Shown piece after piece: positions 54,661-64,000 of a DNA stretch of 64,000 bases (positions within the stretch are counted from its first letter, which is position 1; every line of letters begins with the position of its first letter). The notes beneath the pieces are model-generated. The model ran no database searches, was not told where the DNA came from, and saw nothing but the letters and a program-made list of their open reading frames with translations. Position numbers and translations under genes: made by a program. Source of the DNA: the human T2T-CHM13v2.0 reference genome, Homo sapiens. The stretch is from the NCBI RefSeq assembly GCF_009914755.1, contig NC_060946.1; one strand, 5' to 3'.

Positions 54661-55583
54661 CCTTCCCGCCCCAGCCTGTGTTTGCAGTGCTACAGGGTGG
54701 CTGCAGCCTTCGCCTCCCACAGCTCCTCAAGGTCAGAGGGCTGGGAACCCCTGGGATGTGGCTGGGATGAGGACCCTGCCCCTCCTCAGGCATTTCCAGG
54801 CAAGGGGCACAGAGACACAGCCAGCCCAGCAGCTGAGCCCCTCCTATCAGGCCAGGTGGGAAACTGAAGCATGAACACAACCCCAGACTGGAAATAACAA
54901 AGCCGTCATGTACTGTGTGCCTACTGAATGCCAAGCCCTATGCCCTATTCTTTAGTGTCATCTTTAATGAGATGTCTTCACTCAGTTCACCACATGATAG
55001 TAGACAGGTATTTATGATGCGCCTACTGCATGCTGGGCACTTTTCTGGGCCATGAGGACTCAGGGAGGTCCCTGCTCTGGTAGAAGTCAAACCCGACAGG
55101 AGACAGAGACTAGGGGCCCACACACCAGGAGGAAGAACCCAGTGCAGAGAGTGCCAGCAGGAAGCCACAGGGGCAGGGAAGGCGCTCCTGGGAGGGTGGG
55201 TGGCTGCGTCCTGAGGCTGAGCAGGGGGAGCTGGCCTCGGGACAGGATGTGCGCAGGCGTGGAGCAGGAAGTTCCTGGAATGATGGGCAAGAGGGAGCAG
55301 GTCACTGGGGGCAGGTCTAAATACTGGGGGCTGCATTGGGATAGCAGAGGCCTCGGACAGGCCCGCTCAGCATGTAGACTCCCCTCCCTGGCCCCTTCCC
55401 TAGGATGACAGTGGAGGTCCATCCCCAGGTGGTGGTGAGGGCAATCCTGACACAGAGACCCCAGCCCAGCTGGCAGGGGAAGGGGAGCCCCCAAGGACCC
55501 CTGTATGTTGGGGCGTGTCCCGCCAGGCGGCCCTCCATGGTGCCCAGCAGCAGCCCTGCTTGCGGACCCTCTTTAGTCCCCAC

Positions 55584-56357
55584 TGTTAAAAAAATAATTC
55601 AGTGAAAATTGACACTAGCTGGGCATGGTGGTAGGTGCCTATAATCCCAGCTACTCGGGAGGCTGAGACGGGAGAATCGCTTGAACCAGGGAGTCGGGAG
55701 GTTGCAGTGAGCTGAGATGGCGCCACTGCACTCCAGCCTGGGTGACAGAGTGAGACTCCGTCTCAAAAAAAAAAAAAAGAAAAAAGGAAAAATGACACTT
55801 GCCAAAGCGCTGTAGGGAAGACTGTCCAGGACCGTGTCACTAGGCATAAGGGACCACGGCGATGAGATTCTGCAGTGGGTAAGAGACTGGGCTCAGCCTC
55901 GAAGACAGCATGGGCAAGTGGGATCGGACCGTCAAGGAGCAGGGGGAAGACTATCCAGGACCGTGTCACTAGGCATAAGGGACCACGGCGATGAGATTCT
56001 GCAGTGGGTAAGAGACTGGGCTCAGCCTCGAAGACAGCATGGGCAAGTGCGATCGGACAGTCAAGGAGCAGGGTGGGGGGCAGCGCATGGAAAGTGACTA
56101 AGAGGAAGCATCAGCAGCCAGGGATTCTGGCTTAACTCCCCTAACAGAATTCTTGCTGAAGGCCGGCCAGGATGGCCAGACCGTACCTGGGGGACAGAGG
56201 GGGAACCCGATCAGATGTCAAGGACGGGGGGCTTCTCGCTAAACTGACTTTGCAGGATTCTTGCTAAAACTAGAGTTTATAAGGAAGTGCTCAGATGTGC
56301 CTAGGAGAAGGCTCAGGAGCCTAAATAAAGCTTGACCAAGCAGAGAATCTTTGTCAC
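55584..56357 (-). mobile_element. Solo MER31-type ERV1 LTR with an inserted Alu right arm (~55616-55790) and an internal 129-bp tandem duplication (55815-56072)
   Basis: Ends tgttaaaaaaataattca...gcagagaatctttgtca match recalled MER31 termini; internal ggattcttgctaaaact and gctaaactgact motifs. Confidence 0.8.
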
Positions 56358-59300
56358 CAGCTGTGGTGAGGGTGAGGCCCAGAGTGGGTCAGGGCTTACC
56401 TGCTCAGGTTGTGCAATTGGGAGGGGTCCATCAGGAGCCCGGAGTCTTCCCACTGGGGGCTGAGTCTGGGCCCTCAGGGCACATATAGGTAGATGCTGTC
56501 AGACCCGACACCCCATGCAGTGCAGACTGGGATGCTGGTGCCTGTGGCACAGACTGGTCAGACCCACCCCAGGCTAGACATTCCTTGCAGGGAGAGCTGA
56601 GGCTGCTGACGCCAGGAACAGACAAACAAGGTCATCACCAGGTAATGAGCTTGTTACCCACATCAGGCAAGGCCATTGCTGGGTAATGAGTTGGCCTCCT
56701 GCAGAGCCACCTGCCCTGGGATGGTTCCCAGAGATCTGGCTAGCCAGTGCCACAGGAGGCCGGGGCACAGTTCCAGGGCCTAGTGGGCAAGGCAGGGGTA
56801 TTCAGGGACAAGGTGCACCTGAGTCCCCACAGGAAGCCCCAGACCCTGCAGTAAGACCTGGAACAAGTCATTCTCCTCTCTAAGCTCTCAAAGAAGAGGT
56901 CAGCTCAGGGGTCTGGGAGGCAAGGTCTCCTAGAGTAGACTAAGCTGGCCGCTGCCATGCTCACACACACCCTCCCAGCCAGCCGCTGGTCCTGACAGAT
57001 GAGGAAACTGAGGCTAGGTGTTTTCATGAGGCCTCTGAACCCAGAACCCAGTACCCAGTGTCCTGAGCAAAGCCCAAGCCAGACCTGCCAGCTTATGTGT
57101 ACAGAGGCCCCACTATGCAGCCTGCACTCCTGGGGCCTAAAAGGACCATCACCTCCCCTTCTAAGAGGCTGGGCACAGGGGCTGGGTCCCAGCCAGGCCA
57201 CCCTTCCTCCTCCTCCAAAGGCCCAGCAGCAGCTGCTCCCAGAGCAAGCAGCACAGTCGCAGCAAAGGCTGGACAAGTGTCCTGTGCTCTGTGGTCTGAG
57301 CAGAGGGCCAGGGGCCGTGACCCACATGGCCCCTCCAGGAGCAGCTCCAAGATGAGCCTTCCTGTCCCCACCAGTGTGTCCGGGACCTCAGGGTGGATCA
57401 GCCGCACCTGCCGGCTGCTCCTGTTCCTTGCTCTTCCTGGGGCTCCCCACCACCTTTGGGAGGCAGCTCCAAGACCCTGCTGCCTCCCTTGCTTACCCTC
57501 AGGCCCCTGCTGGGTGTGCCCCCTCCCCACACAGACCCCTGAGCCAGCTTCGAGGACTCTGCCTGCATCTCCACGTCCACTCTGATGACTGTGAAGCTAC
57601 AGTCACACTCTCCGCCTCCACCCCCGCCCTGCCGGGTCCCTGCAGCAGCTCTCAGAGGTCCCCATAGCCCCTCCCACACACAGAGCTCGCCTGGCCCTGC
57701 CGTCTGAGCGCTCCCCTGGCTCCCAACCGCCCTTGGGCTCTGGGACATAAAACCTCCAGCCAAGGTGGCTGCCAAGTTTTATTTAATAGCCATAGAGCAC
57801 AAAAGGGATGACAATTAAGTCACACGGAGAGACTGCCCCATCGGGACCCCTGGCCAAGCTAAGCAGAGGAGCCCTGGGGTTTCCTCTGACCCCCCAATGT
57901 GAATGCATTACTGAGAGGCAAGGTGGCCAGTTGCCCACCCAGCCTGCACGTCTGCATGCACAGAGCTACAGCCTGGGCCCCGGGAGCCGGTGGCTTCCCA
58001 CAGGCACAGCCAGCCTCCCCACCCCCACCATGCCTGGCCCCCGGCCCAGGGCACACTGAGGGGAACAGGAGGGGAAGGAGCAGGCCCTGCACTGGAGCCT
58101 CAGTCAGCTCCTCTGTGCCAGGGGCAGTTGGAGCTGGCTGAATTTGAGGAACTTCCCAGAGGAACTGGAGAGCAGACCTGTGTGCGCGCCCCGCTCTGCC
58201 ACGCTCCCTGAGGGACACACTGCTTTGACCAGCCCCCACCCCATCTTCTCTCTGCCAGTCCCCGGTGTCCACCCCAGCCCCGCTACCGATGAAGCTCAAG
58301 CCAGGGTCCCCACCACCTGCTTCACGGCCATCCCTGCACTTGAGCTCAGGGGCTCAGGGTTGTGCTGACACGCCTGCCTGTCCACCCCTCACCAACACCT
58401 CTGCAGTCCTCTTCAGGGCCCAACAGGACCCCCAGGACCCCGCTCCCATTCTGCCCTTGCTCCTGCCAACCTGTCTTCTCTATCCCCATGACTTTGGGAC
58501 CCTCTGCCACAAGTGCCAGCCCCCACATCTGTAGCCCCTGCAGGAACAAGCCCTAATCTGGACTCATTGCAATGGCTCAGCTTCTCTTCCAACCTGTCCA
58601 TAAACCTCCAGGCAGAGATCACAAAACTAACAGCTCTTTCTGCAAATCTGGACTCTCTCCTGCACCTTCTTCACCGTCCAGGCCTCCCTGTCATCCGTCC
58701 TGGGGACCTCAGAGATCTCTTCATTTCACAGGTGAAGACTTGGCTCAGAGAGGGCAGAGCCCCTGGGTCACACAGCCCGTCTCCAGTAGGGCTGGGGAAA
58801 AGAACCCAGGGCTCTCTTGTTGGCAGTGTTTTAATGACTGGGGGGAGGGAGAGAATGGCTAATGAGGCTCTAGGGATCAGCACAGCCAGCTGCTGGAGGT
58901 CCCAGAGGACGGGTGACTCAGCAGGAATGGGGGAGTCTGAGGGGTTGACAGAGTGCCCAATTCTCACCTCCTCCTGCACCTTCCAGAGAGACGGGCTGCA
59001 GGGAGTGATTGAGTGGATGAACATGACTAGAGGGACCCAGTCTTCTCCTCAGCAGCTGCTTGAGGACAGTATTAGCGGTCCCCTCAATCCCCCCCACCCA
59101 CACATGCACACATGCACTGACCTGCAGGGGCCAGATCCCGGTGGACCCGGGGACACAGCTTCCAGGGGCTGTCTTGCCATGTCCCTTCCCAGATCTGCCT
59201 GGATTCATGCCAGGCCACCCTCCACAATTTGCTGAGGGAGGCCCCAGAGTCCAGGGCACCCAGAGTGCTAACTAGCCCCTGGGGGTACAGGGAGAACAGC

Positions 59301-59931
59301 ATGCTGTGTGGGGGATACTACTCTCTGCCCATACCTAGGGCCCTGTGGCGGCCACAGGCAGCACTGCTTATGCAGAGGCACTGGGGTGAGAAGGAGTAGG
59401 GTGCAGTAGTGAGGGCTCCACAGAGGGTGGAAGGGCTGCAGGGGAAGGCAGACCAGCAGGGATGCCATGAGGGCCTCAGATGCCAGGCTGCAGAGGTGGA
59501 CGGGCTGGCCAGCTCCTCTCCCCAGCCTCCTACTGTAAAATGGGAGAGGATCCCAGCCCTGCTGATTCATCCACTCACTCCATGGCAAGACAGCCACTGA
59601 CAGCTCTGTCCTGGGGCCCACCCGGGCCTGGCCTCTGTGCAGGCTAGCACTCAGCATGCTTAGTGCCACACTCGGCCCAGGAGAAATGACCCAGCCCTGG
59701 GCTCAGAGACCCCACAGTGGGTGGATGGAAAACAGTCATTTAAATACAACTGTGAAGGGTGCTGTGGAGGAGGGGCTCGAGGTCCCCAGTGTGGGATGGG
59801 GTGGTCATGGAACGTTTCCCTATCTAAGTGGGAAAAGTGAGAGCCACCAGGAAAATGGCGGGGGTGGGGGGGGAGAGGAATTATGCAAAGACCCAGAAGG
59901 ATGAAGAAGACTGTTGGATTAGAGGAGGTTA

Positions 59932-60268
<337 letters not shown>

Positions 60269-60639
60269 CCCAGCTTGAGATGGCCAGGGATTTCCAGAGG
60301 CCCTAGGCAGACCGCCTTGGAGAGTAAGGGAGACCCTGAAGAGCTCCCATGGAAGGGCCAGCAGCCTGGGGCTGGAGATGCCACCTGGATGGATTCCTCC
60401 AGCTGTGTGGACTAGGGGACAGGGTGAGGAGATAATGGCCTGGACTACATGGAAGGACGTCGCCCTGAGCCATTGAAAAGGGCTGTGGGGTCCATGACCA
60501 CTCCTGGCTTTCCCTTTACTATGATGGAGACAGTAGCTTCCAGTGTAAAATGTGAGCTCAGTTCCTGACTCGTGTCTAGCGGGTGGTGCCTGGTCTTTGG
60601 CTGGCGATGCTCCATGTCACCTATGCCCAGAAACTGGGC

Positions 60640-61750
<1,111 letters not shown>

Positions 61751-62548
61751 GGAGGGGGTGGGCCACGTGCGTCTAGGGAGTGCAGCTGGCAGCCGGGGTC
61801 CTTGCCAGAGACTGAGTCCGGCTAGAGAACAGGGTGGAGCCCCTTTGGACCTTAGAGCTGGGCCTTTGGGCCTTGGGTCTGGGTCAGCCTTTGGGCCAGG
61901 GCTGGGTCAGCCTCCAGGGAACAGCCAAGACTCCTCTTCCTTGGGGTGACTGCAGGTTCTTTTTCTTGCAAGGTCTCAGTGAGGAGGCAGGGTCTCCACG
62001 CACTGGAATAGTGTCAAACCACACACAAGAGCACAGAACCCAGGGACACAGGGCGGCTGAGACACTCAGCTGGTGATGGTCCTCAGGATGGTGTCAACCA
62101 GTATGTAATCACATTCCACAGGGCACCAACTGGACAGAGGCCTCCGGTCAGCCTCACTCTGACTGCAACCCCCTCTCACTGGACAGCATCACCTGGACAC
62201 AGAGCCTCACCTAGTCTGTGTCCCATGGTCACAACTTTGCTTTGGACAGTGACACCAAGAATACTCACCCCTTTACTTAGCCAGACCACAGGCAGCCACC
62301 TGGACACAAACATCTCTCCAGAGTCACCCTCCACACAGACTCCACAGCAGAACTCCCAGGGAGGCACTGGGGCATGGCTTCAGAGCACCAGGCAGCGCTC
62401 CGCGGTGCCTAGCACCCGCTCAGCCAGGGCAGCCTGCAGCGGAGCTTGGAGCCAGCAGCTTCTCATCTCTTGGCCTCGGGAAATGTAGCTGGAGTCATCA
62501 TTTAGCAGAGCACGGTGTCCCTGGGTTGGCCACCCAGCTTAGTTTTAA

Positions 62549-62554
62549 AATAAA
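62549..62554 (+). terminator. Polyadenylation signal AATAAA for FAM246 or long DGCR5 transcripts
   Basis: First AATAAA seen downstream of the ORF, in an AT-rich patch followed by GT/T-rich sequence. Confidence 0.6.
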
Positions 62555-62867
62555 ATAATGTAATCTTGGCCTAATGGTGGAATTTCTGACTGCTAGATGT
62601 TCTCCTTCCATCTGACCAGGGGATTCAGACACAATGTATAGGATGAGGGTGGGGGCCCTTCTCCCTCTGAGAGGAACCTGGAGAGGCCCGGGTTCTGCTG
62701 AGGTAGGAGAGGGTCACTCAGAGGGCTCCCACGGAACAGACAGGCACACTGAGGCCTCAGTGGGATTAGGGCAGGAAATGCCCCTCTTGCAATGGGGGAC
62801 CACGCCAGGTCACGCACCCACCCCCTCCAGGCTACATTAGGCTAAGGTCACTCTGTGCATTATTTCA

Positions 62868-63872
62868 TTATTTCACATGGAGGGTCGCCCACGGTTGACA
62901 GAACCACAGGCTGAGCCCCAGGCCCATCAGAGCGCAGTGCACAACTGCTAGGGTGGGGGAAGAGCAGGGGGCTGCTGCGGGGACCGAGGCTCTCGGAGAG
63001 GCCAAGACTGCGTGCCCCTTAAGAGGCTGCTGTGGGCCGGGCACGGTGGCTCAAGCCTGTAATCCCAGCACTTTGGGAGTCCGAGGCAGGCGGATCAGGA
63101 GGTCAGGAGATCGAGACCATCCTGGCCAACACGGTGAAACCCCGTCTCTACTAAAAATACAAAAAATTAGCCGGGCCTGGTGGCGGGCACCTGTAGTCCC
63201 AGCTATTCAGGAGGCTGCGGCAGGAGAATGGCATGAACCTGGGAGGCAGAGCTTGCAGTGAGCTGAGATTCCACCACTGCACTCCAGCCTGGGCGACAGA
63301 GTGAGCCTCCGTCTCAAAAAAAAAAAAAAAAAAAAGAGGCTGCTGGGGGCGGAAGTTACCCGTGAGCGGTATGGGGTGAAAGTGGGAGGGTCCAGCCTGG
63401 GGCACGGTGTAGAACAGGGTCATCTGAGGGTGCAGGGCAAAGAGATCAAAACGGGGTGGGAGAGGGGCAGCACCTGCGGGAGGAGCCAGGCAAGGCCCGG
63501 GGAGGGGTGTGGGGGGCGAGGGGGGACGGTGGCTCCACCTGCACCCACCGGATGGGTATGGGGTCCTCGAAGACGGTCCAGAGCACCGTGGGCTCGCAGT
63601 CAGGTGGGGTCAGCGACCCAGCGAAGCGACAGTAGCTCGAGGTGTTGGGCCGCATCGACGCCAGCGGGAAGGTGGACATCAGATTCACTGAGAGCCCCGG
63701 GCGGCAGAGGGAGGGGGATTGGAACCAGCCTCCCTGTGCCCTGCTGGTGCCATCCCCAGCAAACCCCCCGCCCCTGAGCCGGAAAACGACCCGGTGGCTC
63801 CTCACCTGGCTCAGGCACCTTCCTCAAGCCCGACACTATGGCGCAGAAGTTGGTGTTGCTACAGTCCTGCTC
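62868..63872 (-). pseudogene. CA15P1: Carbonic anhydrase XV pseudogene, last three exons: 63806-63872, 63539-63696, 62868-63423 (split by AluY); continues beyond the window
   Basis: EQDCSNTNFCAIVSGLRKVPEP / [49 protein letters not shown] / ...[11 protein letters not shown][Alu][12 protein letters not shown]...[17 protein letters not shown]. Alpha-CA motifs GSLTxPxC.E.V.W and NFRPxQPL plus a GPI-signal-like tail. Paralog number inferred from context. Confidence 0.9.
63035..63335 (+). mobile_element. AluY inserted in the CA15 last coding exon; TSD aagaggctgctg
   Basis: AluY diagnostics; TSD at 63021-63032 and 63334-63345. Confidence 0.95.
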
Positions 63873-64000
63873 CTGGGAGGGGCTCCAAGTGCGAGGGGTT
63901 CTGAGTGGGGGAGTCTCTGAAGAGGGAACTCAGCTGGGGTACTCTAAGCAGGAGGCTCCCAGTGGCAGGAGGCATCTGGCATCTGGGAAATGGGGTGGAG

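Noticed and set aside
57778-57783. Minus-strand AATAAA in an AT-rich patch
   Set aside because: No upstream minus-strand exon could be linked to it; a single hexamer is insufficient.
58513-59235. 240-aa + strand ORF
   Set aside because: GTG start, contains MIR-like sequence, no domain or splice support.

Overview
Primate (most likely human) genomic DNA: Alu-dense, with AluY-type elements and two CpG islands. From recalled gene sequences it matches the 22q11.21 DGCR5 locus, although a paralogous LCR22 copy cannot be excluded without alignment. The window reads as a mosaic of fragments of other chromosome 22 genes. (1) A CpG-island promoter and first exon copied from RTN4R (Nogo receptor; MMKRASTG|gt). 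(2) Five CELSR1 GAIN/GPS-domain pseudo-exons on the + strand with largely intact splice sites. (3) Two directly repeated POM121L pseudogene copies on the - strand, about 21.3 kb apart. (4) A single intact SPECC1L coding exon between those two copies. (5) An open single-exon FAM246-family ORF of 231 aa in the second CpG island. (6) The 3' exons of a carbonic anhydrase XV pseudogene on the - strand, split by an AluY. The most notable hypothesis is a chimeric transcription unit in which the stolen RTN4R promoter and start codon are splice-compatible with CELSR1 exons (predicted 87-aa fusion peptide). An inverted duplication could mask the key splice acceptor, and a dead donor could turn an internal exon into a terminal one. 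Several module junctions carry short inverted templated copies. Gene identities come from remembered sequences, not database searches. Repeat boundaries are approximate, and most ORFs in the supplied track are GC-rich or Alu artefacts.
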